A program made the position numbers and the translations under genes. Below the pieces are notes generated by a model. That model searched no databases, was not told where the DNA came from, and worked only from the letters and a program-made list of their open reading frames with translations. Below are positions 27,592 to 37,369 of a stretch of 64,000 nt of DNA, piece by piece (position 1 is the stretch's first letter; every line of letters begins with the position of its first letter). The stretch comes from an uncultured Candidatus Rokubacteria bacterium. GTDB taxonomy: Bacteria; Methylomirabilota; Methylomirabilia; Rokubacteriales; DASRDR01. The DNA lies in contig CAWDVE010000010.1 of NCBI GenBank assembly GCA_963805625.1, positions 1,952,001 through 2,016,000 of the forward strand. The letters are read 5' to 3'.

Positions 27592-28936
27592 AGACGCTTG
27601 CCCTCCTACCGCGCCGGATCCACCGCGCGCCAGCCGACAGCGTGCTTTCCCACATGAAGCGCCCCAGGAAGCGGGGGTCCAGGGTTCGGACGAGAATCTC
27701 GCGGTATGGAGCGCTCCCGGTGAACATGTCCCAGAGGACGATGCTCATCCGCTTGGGGCGGCCGGAGCCTCCTTGTTCCCTCGCCGACATCCTCATGACG
27801 CCTCGGAGCAACGGCTCGACCGACTTGATCACGTGGACAACCGCGAAGATCAGCAGGCCGCAGCGGTTGTCACGCGCGATCGAGCGGTAGAGAGGCCGGT
27901 AGTGTCTCCGGAAGTCCTCGGCGGACACGCCGCTGAAGACCGCGGTTCGCGCGGCGGCCTTGGCCATGCGATAGGCGGCCCCGATGCCGTCCTTGTACAA
28001 GCGGGTCGCGCCGCAATCACCCAGCAGGACGACGCGGTCCATGAAGGGCTGGCTCGCTTCGCGAATGTTGATCTTCGGAGAGCAGTGGCAGGCCCCCTCG
28101 GCCCCGTCCCAGGCGTCCGAGAAGCAGCGCTTCACCGCGGGGCTGCCGAGGAACGCGCCAACCAGATCTTTGTCGATGTCCTGGCCGAGGAGACAGACCG
28201 TGAGAAAGTCTCCCTTGGGGATGATCGCCGCGAAGTCCAGGCGAGGAAGGTTCACCAGGAACATGTGCATCGAGTTCCCGAAGTGCCGAGCGACCGCCTC
28301 GCTGCCGAGGCGGATCTCCGTGACGTAGGCCTTGGTGGTCTGGTAGCGCTTGGACGGCAGTCCCAGCTTCTCAAATAGCTGCCAGCCGGTCGAATTGACA
28401 CCGGTAGCCCCCACGAGGAGATCATAGGTCTGGCTCGTATCCGGGAGGCGGACCTGAGGTCGCCCGGCGTCCCAGGCCACGTCGCCGACGCGGGCCGGCA
28501 CGACGTTGGCTCCAAGGCTCCGCGCAAGGGTTAGCAGGTAGCCGTCCAGACCGCCCCCCCTGACCTCTTGGATATCCCTCGGCCCTCCGCCCCGGTGGAG
28601 CGCGGCAATCCGCCTCTCGTGCAGAGGCGTGTCGATCCGGACACTCTGGCGGTCCGTATGGAGGACGTACGAGTCGATCCCCCGCTGGACGACCGTGGAC
28701 GGGAGGTCAATGCCCTCGATGGTGAGCGCTTGGACGAGGGTTTCGGAGACGATGCCACCGCACATGTTGCAGCCGGCTGGGCCGGGCTTGGTGAAGTCCC
28801 GTGGCTCATAGATATCGACGGCCAGGTTCAGATCGATGCGACTGGCGAAGCTGAGGAGGAAGTAGGCGAACAGCGACCCGGCAGGGCCACCGCCGATAAC
28901 GCCGACCCGCGAGCCGTCCTCAAGCAAGATGCTCAT
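27584..28936 (-). CDS. NAD(P)/FAD-dependent oxidoreductase (geranylgeranyl-reductase-like)
   Basis: VIGGGPAGS, GCNMCGG, LLGD...YKDGIGAA. Overlaps the cNMP gene. Confidence 0.85.
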   Translation of the reverse strand: MSILLEDGSRVGVIGGGPAGSLFAYFLLSFASRIDLNLAVDIYEPRDFTKPGPAGCNMCGGIVSETLVQALTIEGIDLPSTVVQRGIDSYVLHTDRQSVRIDTPLHERRIAALHRGGGPRDIQEVRGGGLDGYLLTLARSLGANVVPARVGDVAWDAGRPQVRLPDTSQTYDLLVGATGVNSTGWQLFEKLGLPSKRYQTTKAYVTEIRLGSEAVARHFGNSMHMFLVNLPRLDFAAIIPKGDFLTVCLLGQDIDKDLVGAFLGSPAVKRCFSDAWDGAEGACHCSPKINIREASQPFMDRVVLLGDCGATRLYKDGIGAAYRMAKAAARTAVFSGVSAEDFRRHYRPLYRSIARDNRCGLLIFAVVHVIKSVEPLLRGVMRMSAREQGGSGRPKRMSIVLWDMFTGSAPYREILVRTLDPRFLGRFMWESTLSAGARWIRRGRRASVYG

Positions 28937-29846
28937 GTGCTGGCCCCGGCTCTGCCCCTCACAGGGGTGCGCGGAGGGCAGCGGTCGTCGCCTGTCGGCG
29001 CGGCCTCGACGCCCCGCGGGTGAACGCGTTCAGGGATCGCCACCAGGCGACCCACACTTAGCGAATGGTTCGTGGTACTGCAATCCGCCAGAGACACCAT
29101 CTGTCTGATGTGATCGCCTCACGGTCACGCCAGTCCGCGCGAGTTAGGGCCCTAATGGGGATCGAACGCCTCGACTACGCCCGCCCAGGCTCGGGCTGAG
29201 GGCTGGCGGGCTGCGGCGTGATCTCGTGTCTTTGCTGGCTAGTACAGTGTGCCGAGAGGGCGCCGCGCTTTCTGAGGTGTGGCGGCCACTCTGAATCCAC
29301 TAATTTCGTTGAAATACCGAAATCTTGCGGTGGTGGCAATACGCCCAGGGCGATCCTCCGGAAACGCTCGCCGACGCTCGAACCTCTGCCGCGAACCCAC
29401 GCGGGTCGACCTCGATGACTTTGGTCCGCGCAGAGGTACCCCGTCTTCCGTGACCTCGGAGCACCCGAGAAACCCCATCCACAGACAAGCGCCAAGCGTT
29501 GCCTGTCGCCTACCGCACCCTCGGCGTAGAACGCCCAGCATCCAACCCGCTCACCGGAGAATTCTCGTGAAGCAATTGATCTCGTAAAATGATGCAAACG
29601 GAGGATTCTCTCAAAGGCTGAGCGGCGCTATGTGGAAGGCAGCCGAGGTGCGGAGGCGGAGGGAATAATCGGCAGGAGGAGACCGGGCCTCAGACGGTGC
29701 CCGGCCCGCCATGCAGGAAGCCTGAAGTCCACACACTAGCACCCGCGTAGCTGTCGGTGTGCCAGTCAGCCCGGACCTCATCCGCAGGTAGCGGTCGCCT
29801 CCGTCGCGGTACGGGCCTAGCACTCAGAGGCCCTACCCATCAGAGA

Positions 29847-29875
29847 TGTATCTCTCCGAGCGCGGGGCCCGTCTA
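29847..29875 (+). promoter_or_regulatory. Putative ECF promoter TGTATC-N17-CGTCTA (copy 1)
   Basis: Same hexamers and spacing as 30148-30176. Lies upstream of the ECF remnant. Confidence 0.6.
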
Positions 29876-29929
29876 CGAGTTTGAGAGACGACCTAGGAAC
29901 CAGAAGATAGGGCTGGCCGTTGAAACATC

Positions 29930-30166
29930 CACGAGGAGCTCCCGCCCCAGTACCAATCGACTGTGATCCTTAGCGAGGACGCTGGACTCACCAACCAGCA
30001 GATCGCCGAGGTATTGGGAAGCACCCTCGACACGATCAACATCAGACTGCATCGTGCGCGGGGGCGGCTCAAGAAGACCCTCGGCACTGGCTGCGCATTC
30101 TATCGGGACGAGCGCAACGAACTCGCATGCGAGCCCAAGATCGCGAGTGTATCTCCGAGCGACTGA
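29930..30166 (+). pseudogene. ECF sigma factor remnant (region 4 + Cys-containing tail; region 2 missing)
   Basis: ELPPQYQSTVILSEDAGLTNQQIAEVLGSTLDTINIRLHRARGRLK...CAFYRDERNELACEPK. Confidence 0.75.
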
Positions 30167-30176
30167 CCTTCGTCTA
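30148..30176 (+). promoter_or_regulatory. Putative ECF promoter TGTATC-N17-CGTCTA (copy 2)
   Basis: Ends 27 bp upstream of the CMD gene start. Confidence 0.6.
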
Positions 30177-30203
30177 TACGGTCGGAGAAAGGGGGGCAGG
30201 GCC

Positions 30204-30455
30204 ATGAAGCTGGACAATCGGATCATCGAGTTGGTGGCCATTGGGGCGTCGGTCACCGCGAACTGCCTCTCGTGCCTGGAGTACCACGTCGGGAAGGCAA
30301 CGGAGAGCGGCATCGATGCCGAGGAGATCGCCCACGCGATCGAAGTCGGGAAGATGGTCCGTAAGGGGGCGGCGGGCAAGATGGATAAGCTCGTAGAGAA
30401 CCTTCGCAGGGCTTCTCCGTCGCCAGCGGGTGCCTCGACCGCATGCTGTGGGTGA
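30204..30455 (+). CDS. Carboxymuconolactone decarboxylase/AhpD-like protein
   Basis: ELVAIGASVTANCLSCLEYH, C-terminal CCG. Confidence 0.82.
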   Translation: MKLDNRIIELVAIGASVTANCLSCLEYHVGKATESGIDAEEIAHAIEVGKMVRKGAAGKMDKLVENLRRASPSPAGASTACCG

Positions 30456-30485
30456 GGCGCTTCCCTCACCAGACAGGAGGACTCG

Positions 30486-30728
30486 ATGATGATGTGGGGA
30501 CCAGGACCGTGGGGAGCGCCGATGTGGGGCGGGTGGTGGATCTTCCCGCTCCTCGGGTTGCTGTTCATCGTCACCATGATGGTGTTCTGCGCCCGCATGA
30601 TACGGGGGATGATGGGCGGCACCGGGATGTGTGGCCATGGCGGGCACCGCGTGAGTGAAGCGGACGACCTTCGCCGCGAAGTGCGTGAGCTCCGCGAGGA
30701 GATCCAGAAGCTCCGCGCCGGTAGCTGA
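30486..30728 (+). CDS. Small Met/Gly-rich membrane protein with coiled-coil tail
   Basis: AGGAGG RBS, one TM helix WWIFPLLGLLFIV. Confidence 0.65.
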   Translation: MMMWGPGPWGAPMWGGWWIFPLLGLLFIVTMMVFCARMIRGMMGGTGMCGHGGHRVSEADDLRREVRELREEIQKLRAGS

Positions 30729-30917
30729 GCAGGGGGCCATGGCGGGTACGCCAGGGCTCTTCGTGCGGTCCGTTGTCGGCGGTCGTGGCGGACACCGAGT
30801 TGACGGACATCGCCGAAGGGTACCTCTCGAATGAGCTGAGAGTGTGCGGTGACGATAGTCGGGCACTCAGGAGGTGACTCCAATGTGCTTCTTCGTCACG
30901 AGAGGAGGAACATCGGC

Positions 30918-31049
30918 ATGAATGAACACATGATCGAAAAGATGAAGGTAGGCATGGGGATGTGTCCGATGTGCCGGGAGATGAACTGCCAAGAGATGAT
31001 GGAGAAGATTAAAGCGGGCGGAGTGCTACCCTTCCGTCGCCGGCAATAG
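30918..31049 (+). CDS. Tiny Met/Cys-rich peptide (possible remnant)
   Basis: AGGAGG upstream, MNEHMIEKMKVGMGMCPMCREMNCQEMMEK. Confidence 0.35.
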   Translation: MNEHMIEKMKVGMGMCPMCREMNCQEMMEKIKAGGVLPFRRRQ

Positions 31050-31279
31050 CTCCTCCACCATGTCGGGCGGGGGCGGCGGCGTGGCGCATCCTCGATCGAC
31101 GAGCGCGCATCACCTGCACGACACGCGTCTCAGTGATCTGGGAATGCCCTCAGCCGCCCCCCAACCGTTCCGACCACCATCTCCGATCGGGAACCTCAGC
31201 GTCTGGATCGGGCATGAGCTCTCCGGCCAGGCTCCTCGGCTGTCAAGCTTGGGAGCGGCAGCATGCCCCATTTCCTCTC

Positions 31280-31645
31280 TCAATGGATCGGCCAGAACTC
31301 CCCGGTGTGTCGTGCGGCCGGACGACGGCGCGTAGCGTCCTTGCAGCCGCGCCGACACGCGACCGCAACCGCGGGCTCGAAGGCGCTGCACTCCATGACG
31401 CGGAGGGTCTGCCGAAAGCCCGGGGGCCCCCCCTCCTCGAATAAGACTTCGACGTCCCGGCGGGCCGCCGGGCACCAGAAGCGGCGGGGCCGCACGGTGC
31501 GGCACGACGCTCCCACCACGCTTCCGAGCGCGATCGCCAGGACGCCCAGCCCCGCCGTCCAGGCCAGCAGGGCAGCGAACGCGCGCATTAACGCCTCCCA
31601 CTCCTGCGCCACCTGCGAAGCCATGATCTCCACCTGCCAGTCCAT
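31280..31645 (-). CDS. Hypothetical membrane-anchored Cys-rich protein
   Basis: AGGAGGTG RBS, TM helix, FWCP...CSAF...CRRGC. Confidence 0.6.
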   Translation of the reverse strand: MDWQVEIMASQVAQEWEALMRAFAALLAWTAGLGVLAIALGSVVGASCRTVRPRRFWCPAARRDVEVLFEEGGPPGFRQTLRVMECSAFEPAVAVACRRGCKDATRRRPAARHTGEFWPIH

Positions 31646-32059
31646 GCCTCACCTCCTGCCGGAGCTCTCGGCGGATCCCCCCACAACTGGGTGCAAGACG
31701 GCGGCCGATGGGCGCTGGATGGTCACCGTCGTGTAAGTGCGCGCCCTGACAGGCGGTACTCCCCGACCTCCCTGTCAGGGCTCAGGGGTAGGCTGGGGCT
31801 CGTACGACCCGACTGGGGCGACCGCGCCCGGGGGATCATCGCGAGTCGTGATCGCCTTCCCGTTGCTCCGCGGTGAGGAATCGAGCGCGCGGCGCTCAAA
31901 CGGCGGCTCGACGAGCTGGCCGCGGCCCGTCCGCCAGACGGAAAGATGGACGGCCCCCTGAAGGCCGGCGCGCTCACCCCCACGCCCAGCACCGGCTCCG
32001 CGCCGCGTAGTCCGCGCAGTACCAGCCGACGGGCCGTCTGCTCGCCGACGTGACGGTCG

Positions 32060-33289
32060 CTACGCGCGGCCCTTGACTAAGGCGATGAGCCGGCCGAGCA
32101 CCCGCTCCCCGTCGGCGCGCAGACCATTGTGCTCGTACTCGTTCGTGATCCACGGACGCATGCCCCGGATCAGGGCTGCGGTCTCCATGGCGAAGTCGCG
32201 CTCGACGTACAGGTCGTCGACGTAGATCGTCGCCGCCACGGGGACGTCGTTGTGGCGGAGACGGTCCGCGTCGTACAGCTTGGGCCACGGATGCTCGGCG
32301 AGAAGCTCGGCGGCAGGCCGGTGCGGCCGCAGGCGGCCGCAGTCCTCCCACATCCACGGGAAGACGTGCTCGGCCGTGAAGTAGCCGTGCTCCTCCACCT
32401 CGGCGGGGAGGACGCGGGCTGCTGACCACCGCGTCGGGTAGCCGTCGGCATAGCTCGACTCGTGGAGAGTCGCGTAGATCGGGTTCCTTCCCCACAGGTT
32501 GCCAGCCTCGGTGTCATAGAGGAACGCCGGCGAGCCGAACGGCAGCTCGATGACGTGGTGGAGCAGCTCCCAGCCCGCACTGTCGCCGAGCCAGTTCCCC
32601 AGCTGGCGGAACCGGCGAGCGGTGAGCCGATCCCCCGACGGGAGGCGAACGTCCTCGGCCTCGAGCCGCGTGAGGATCTCCCTGACCCTGGCCCGATCGT
32701 CGGGATAGCGCTCGAGGTACGCGCGGTTCTTCTCGATGAGCCGGACCGACGTCGCGCTGTACACGTCGTCGGGCGGGCGCCCGACCGGCGACAGGCCGCC
32801 CGTGATCAGCGCTTCGCGCAGCCCCTCGGGCGCGAATGACAGATAGGTCATCGACGTGAAGCCCCCGAAGCTCTGACCGAGGACGCTCCAGCGATCGACT
32901 CCGAGCTCCCGGCGAATGTGCTCCGCGTCGCGGACAATGGAGTCGGCCCGGAAGTGCGTCAGGTAGTTGGCCTGTTCCTGCGGAGTTCGGCCGGGGATCT
33001 CAGGGCCGACCGGCGTCGATCGACCCGTCCCGCGCTGATCGAGGAGCAGGACCCGGTAGTCCTCGATGGCCCGTTTCATCCAGCCGGACGGCGGGCTCGT
33101 CGGTCGCGTCGCTTCGATGCCGGGGCCGCCCTGAAAGAAGACGAGATACGGGCGTGCTCCACCGTCCGGCGCGGCGACCTCGCGCGTGAAGACGGTGATC
33201 TTCGGCCCCTCCGGTCGCCCGTGATCGAGCGGGACCGAGTGCTCGCGCTCGGTCAGGATTGCGCCGGGGACGCGGTAAGTCGTGGTCAT
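32060..33289 (-). CDS. pip: Proline iminopeptidase (alpha/beta hydrolase, S33)
   Basis: FFQGGPG, LDQRGTGRS, FRADSIVRD, GQSFGG nucleophile, NEYEHNGL. Confidence 0.9.
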   Translation of the reverse strand: MTTTYRVPGAILTEREHSVPLDHGRPEGPKITVFTREVAAPDGGARPYLVFFQGGPGIEATRPTSPPSGWMKRAIEDYRVLLLDQRGTGRSTPVGPEIPGRTPQEQANYLTHFRADSIVRDAEHIRRELGVDRWSVLGQSFGGFTSMTYLSFAPEGLREALITGGLSPVGRPPDDVYSATSVRLIEKNRAYLERYPDDRARVREILTRLEAEDVRLPSGDRLTARRFRQLGNWLGDSAGWELLHHVIELPFGSPAFLYDTEAGNLWGRNPIYATLHESSYADGYPTRWSAARVLPAEVEEHGYFTAEHVFPWMWEDCGRLRPHRPAAELLAEHPWPKLYDADRLRHNDVPVAATIYVDDLYVERDFAMETAALIRGMRPWITNEYEHNGLRADGERVLGRLIALVKGRA

Positions 33290-33445
33290 CGATTCGCATC
33301 CGCGTGTGGACTCGCTGCGACGATCCGCAGTTCCACACTGCCGATACATCCGGGCCTGGTCACGATGGGATCCCCCCGTCATCGGCCGATCTTACCCGGA
33401 CTGCAAACGGGTCAGGGCCCGGCCGAGTTTTCGGACACTACGGCC

Positions 33446-34324
33446 TCAGCCCGGGGCTGGTGAGCCGATCGACATCCAACGCCGGAACAGCAGGGCCTCC
33501 TGCAAGGTCGCCTGGGCCTGCTCGGCACCGGGTAGGGGTGGCATCGGGGCCCGGCCCTCCGCGTGAGCCTTGAGATCCTCGAGGGCAACGTCGAGGCACC
33601 GCACGACGCGCGGCAGCAGGAGGCCCGGGAGAACGACCTGCCGGAATCCCATCACGGCGAGCTCGGCCGGCGGGAGCCAGGTCGGGCGCCCCTCGAACAC
33701 GGCGATCATCAGGTGCACACCGGCGAAGCGCCGGCCGACCTCGCGCAGGCCGGCCACGGTCGGCACGCCGGGAATGAAGATCCCGTGCGCCCCCGCACGC
33801 AGGTACCGGTCCGCCCGGCGCATCGCCGCCTCCAGCCCTTCCAGTTGGCAGGCGTCGCACCGGGCGATGATCTGGATCTCGGTGCCGCGCGTGGCCGTCA
33901 CGGCGACCTCGAGCTTTTGCACCATCTCGTCGATGGAGACCACGCCAACGGCGCCGGCATCGCCCGGCTGCTTGGCCGCTCTCACCTGGTCCTCGAGCAC
34001 GATTCCGCCGACACCCAGCCGCGCGTAGACCTCGACCATGCGGACGACGCTGCGGACGTCACCGTACCCGTCGTCCCCGTCCACCATGACCGGCAGGTCC
34101 GTCGCGGCGACGATGTCCTGGATCCCCGCCGCCATCTCCCCGAGCGCGGCGAGGCCCATGTCGGGGAGGCCGTAGCGGGCAGCGAGCAGGGCTGAGCCGC
34201 CGACAGCGATCGCGCGGAACCCGGCCCGAGCAATGAGCCGGGCGGTCAGGGCGTCGTGCGCCAGCGGCGTGACGAGCGGCCTCTCTTCCGCGACGAGGCG
34301 TCGGAGCGAGATTCGCTCGGCCAC
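33446..34324 (-). CDS. Isocitrate lyase/PEP mutase family enzyme
   Basis: HDALTARL, GLPDMG, VDGDDGYG, LEDQ, IIARCDA. Confidence 0.88.
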   Translation of the reverse strand: MAERISLRRLVAEERPLVTPLAHDALTARLIARAGFRAIAVGGSALLAARYGLPDMGLAALGEMAAGIQDIVAATDLPVMVDGDDGYGDVRSVVRMVEVYARLGVGGIVLEDQVRAAKQPGDAGAVGVVSIDEMVQKLEVAVTATRGTEIQIIARCDACQLEGLEAAMRRADRYLRAGAHGIFIPGVPTVAGLREVGRRFAGVHLMIAVFEGRPTWLPPAELAVMGFRQVVLPGLLLPRVVRCLDVALEDLKAHAEGRAPMPPLPGAEQAQATLQEALLFRRWMSIGSPAPG

Positions 34325-34332
34325 ACGACCCC

Positions 34333-34962
34333 CTATCGGATCCGCCGCGCAGCCGGGCGGTGGATCCATGGCCGCCGGGACCGGTCGGCCGCCTGGAACC
34401 GGTCGATCTCCGCCGTCCGGGCCAGCGTCAGGTCCACCTCGTCCAGGCCCAGCAGCAGGGCGCGGCGGCGGCTGTCCTGGATCGCGAACGGCAGGCGGGT
34501 GCCGCCCGGCGCGCCGACGGCGCACGCCTCGAGGTCGACGGTGAGGACCGGGGGGTGCTGGGCGGCGCTCTCCCGCGCGAGCGCGGCCACGTCGTCCGGC
34601 CCCAGCACGACGGGCAGGAGACCGTTCTTGAAGGAGTTCTCGAAGAAGATGTCGCCGAAGCTGGGGGCGATCACGCAGCGGATGCCGAAGCCCAGCAGCG
34701 CCCAGACCGCCTCCTCCCGTGAGCTACCGCAGCCGAAGTTCCGACCCGCTAGCAGGATGCAGGCCTCCCGGTAGGGCGCCTGGTTCAGGATGAAGGCGGG
34801 GTTCTCTGCGCCGTCCAGGGTGTAGCGCCAGCCGCCGAACAGCCCCTTGCCGAGATCCCGCCCGAAGTTGACGATCCACGGGACCGGGATGACCGCGTCC
34901 GTGTTGATGTTCTCCAGCAGCAGGGGCACTGCGATCCCGGTGAGCCTCTCGAACTTCTGCAT
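34333..34962 (-). CDS. leuD: 3-isopropylmalate dehydratase small subunit-like
   Basis: NINTDAVIP, NFGCGSSREEA, APSFGDIFFEN. Confidence 0.85.
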   Translation of the reverse strand: MQKFERLTGIAVPLLLENINTDAVIPVPWIVNFGRDLGKGLFGGWRYTLDGAENPAFILNQAPYREACILLAGRNFGCGSSREEAVWALLGFGIRCVIAPSFGDIFFENSFKNGLLPVVLGPDDVAALARESAAQHPPVLTVDLEACAVGAPGGTRLPFAIQDSRRRALLLGLDEVDLTLARTAEIDRFQAADRSRRPWIHRPAARRIR

Positions 34963-34985
34963 GTCCCCTCGCTCCGGAGCCGTCG

Positions 34986-36413
34986 CTAGCCGGTCAGGGT
35001 CCGCACGTCGACGATCGCGCCGCTCACCGCCGCGGCCGCCACGCTGGCCGGGCTGCCCAGGTGGGTCCGACTGCCCGGGCCCTGGCGGCCCTCGAAGTTC
35101 CGGTTGGACGTCGAGATGCACCGCTTGCCCGCCGGCACGACGTCGCCATTCCCGGCCACGCACATCGAGCAGCCCGCGGTCCGCCACTCGAAGCCGGCCT
35201 CCCGGAAAATCCGGTCCAGCCCCGCCTGCTCGGCCGCCCGCTTGACCTGCGTCGAGCCCGGCACCACCAGCGCGTGCACCCCCCGAGCAACTTTGCGGCC
35301 CCGCACGACCTCGGCCGCCGCGACCAGGTCGGAGTAGCGGCTGTTGGTGCAGGAGCCGATGAAGGCGTAGTCGATCGCGGTGCCCGCCAGCGGGGCCCCG
35401 GGAACCAGCCCCATGTAGGCGAGCGCCTGCTCGAGGGATCGACGTCGGACCGGATCCGCCTCCGCGGCCGGGTCGGGGACGTGCCCGTCCACCGCGATCA
35501 CGTCCTGCGGGCTCGTGCCCCAGGTCACCTGCGGCGTGACCCGGGCGCAGTCGAACACGCTTTCCACGTCGAACCTCGCGCCGTCGTCGGACCGAAGCAC
35601 GCGCCAGGAGGCCACGGCCTCGTCCCACTCGCGTCCCCTCGGCGCGAACTCACGCCCCGCGAGGTAGTCGAACGTCCGGTCGTCGGGGGCGACCAGGCCA
35701 GCCCGCGCGCCCAGCTCGATCGACATGTTGCAGATCGTCAGCCGCTCCTCGATGGAGAGCTGCGCGATCGCAGGACCGGCATACTCCACGGTGTGGCCCC
35801 GGCCGGCTGCGGTGCCGAGCTGGCCGATCACGTACAGGATGAGGTCCTTCGCGAAGACACCGGGGCCGCGACGGCCGTCGAACCACAGCCGCATCGCCTT
35901 CGGCCTGCGCTGGACGATCGTCTGCGTGGCCAGGACGTGCTCGACCTCGGACGCCCCGATGCCCCACGCCAGCGCGCCGAGGCCGCCGTTGCTGGAGGTA
36001 TGGCTGTCGCCGCAGACGAGCGTGCATCCGGGCAGGGCGATCCCCAGCTCGGGGCCGATCACGTGGACGATCCCTTGTCGGACGTCGTCGATGTCGAAGT
36101 GGGTGACCCCGAACTCCTCGCAGTTCCGGCGCCACATGCGGATGAACGGGAGGCCGGCCGGATTGGTGTCGTCCGCGCGGTCCGGGCTGGTGGCGACGAT
36201 GTGGTCGACCACCGCGAACGTCAGCTCCGGGCTCCGGACGGGGATCCGCCGCCGGCGCAGCCCGTCGAACGCGCGGTAGCTCGTCACCTCGTGCACGAGG
36301 TGCCGGTCCACATGGAGCAGGAAGGCTCCGTTCCCCAGGTCGGCGACGACGTGCTCGTCCCAGATCTTGTCGAGGAGCGTGCGGGGAGAGCCGGCGGCGG
36401 GCGTGTCAGTCAT
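34986..36413 (-). CDS. leuC: 3-isopropylmalate dehydratase large subunit-like
   Basis: HEVTS, CGDSHT, IGSCTN, AGCSMC, STSNRNFEGRQG. Confidence 0.9.
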   Translation of the reverse strand: MTDTPAAGSPRTLLDKIWDEHVVADLGNGAFLLHVDRHLVHEVTSYRAFDGLRRRRIPVRSPELTFAVVDHIVATSPDRADDTNPAGLPFIRMWRRNCEEFGVTHFDIDDVRQGIVHVIGPELGIALPGCTLVCGDSHTSSNGGLGALAWGIGASEVEHVLATQTIVQRRPKAMRLWFDGRRGPGVFAKDLILYVIGQLGTAAGRGHTVEYAGPAIAQLSIEERLTICNMSIELGARAGLVAPDDRTFDYLAGREFAPRGREWDEAVASWRVLRSDDGARFDVESVFDCARVTPQVTWGTSPQDVIAVDGHVPDPAAEADPVRRRSLEQALAYMGLVPGAPLAGTAIDYAFIGSCTNSRYSDLVAAAEVVRGRKVARGVHALVVPGSTQVKRAAEQAGLDRIFREAGFEWRTAGCSMCVAGNGDVVPAGKRCISTSNRNFEGRQGPGSRTHLGSPASVAAAAVSGAIVDVRTLTG

Positions 36414-36487
36414 CGATGGTCACGGTTCCTCCCGCGCCTCCCCCGGCCAGCTCGAGCCTCCGAGGGGCCGCACTGGGGCGCCAGGCC

Positions 36488-37369
36488 TCAGTGGCCCGTC
36501 CACGATTCGGCGCCGCGCCGCCAGTGCAGCATCCGCCGCTCCAGTAGCGCGAGCGCCCCGTTGAAGATCATGGCCAGGATCATCAGGATCGCCAGGGCCG
36601 TGATGGACCCCGCGATGTCATAGACCCCGCTCGTGTGCATGACGTACCAGCCGAGCCCCCGGGCGGAGCCGACCATCTCGCCCACCACCGCACCGATCAG
36701 CGCCATACCGATTCCGATCCGGACGGCGGCGAGCAGCCAGGGCACGAGAGACGGCACGACGACGTAGCGCACCATGGCGCCGCGCGAGGCGTTCATGCTC
36801 CGGAACGCGTCGACCACCTCCCGGTCGATCCCCCGCACGCCCTCGCGCACGTTGAACAGCACGACGAACAGCACGATCGACGCCACCAGGGCGACCTTCG
36901 CGAACAGGCCGATCCCGAGCCAGATGATGAACAGCGGCGCCAGCGAGACGCGGGGCAGGCTGTAGAAGCCCATGATGACCGGATCCACCGCGTCCGACAG
37001 CCGCCGCCAGCTCCCCAGCACCACGCCGCCGACCACGCCGACGGCCACCCCGGCGACCAGCCCCACGAGCGCTTCCTTCAGGGTCTCCCAGGTGTGCAGC
37101 CAGAGCGAGCCATCGCCCGCCATCGACCACACGCGGCCCGCCACCTCCACGGGGCTGCTGATCCACTTCCCCCCGCTCCACCCCATGGCCAGCACCTGCC
37201 ACGCGACGAGCGGGATGAGGACCGCGACGGCGCGATCGACGGTCAGCCGCCGCCGCACATGGCGGGCGAGGGCCGCGCGCCGCGCCTCGAACGCGTCGCC
37301 GGCCTCCGGGAGGGCGCCCACCGGCGCCCGGGCGCCGCCCGCACCCGGCTCAGGCGTGGCCGTCGTCAC
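36488..37369 (-). CDS. ABC transporter permease (TauC/SsuC type)
   Basis: YSLPRVSLAPLFIIWLGIG, AVVGEM...GLG. Confidence 0.9.
   Translation of the reverse strand: MTTATPEPGAGGARAPVGALPEAGDAFEARRAALARHVRRRLTVDRAVAVLIPLVAWQVLAMGWSGGKWISSPVEVAGRVWSMAGDGSLWLHTWETLKEALVGLVAGVAVGVVGGVVLGSWRRLSDAVDPVIMGFYSLPRVSLAPLFIIWLGIGLFAKVALVASIVLFVVLFNVREGVRGIDREVVDAFRSMNASRGAMVRYVVVPSLVPWLLAAVRIGIGMALIGAVVGEMVGSARGLGWYVMHTSGVYDIAGSITALAILMILAMIFNGALALLERRMLHWRRGAESWTGH

Noticed and set aside
29108-29130. CRP-like site TGTGATCGCCTCACG upstream of the oxidoreductase/cNMP genes
   Set aside because: Half-site spacing is 5 bp, not the 6 bp of TGTGA-N6-TCACA.
34333-36413. Leucine biosynthesis operon
   Set aside because: No leuA/leuB. 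The context (importer and lyase) indicates catabolic paralogs, and the gene symbols denote family only.
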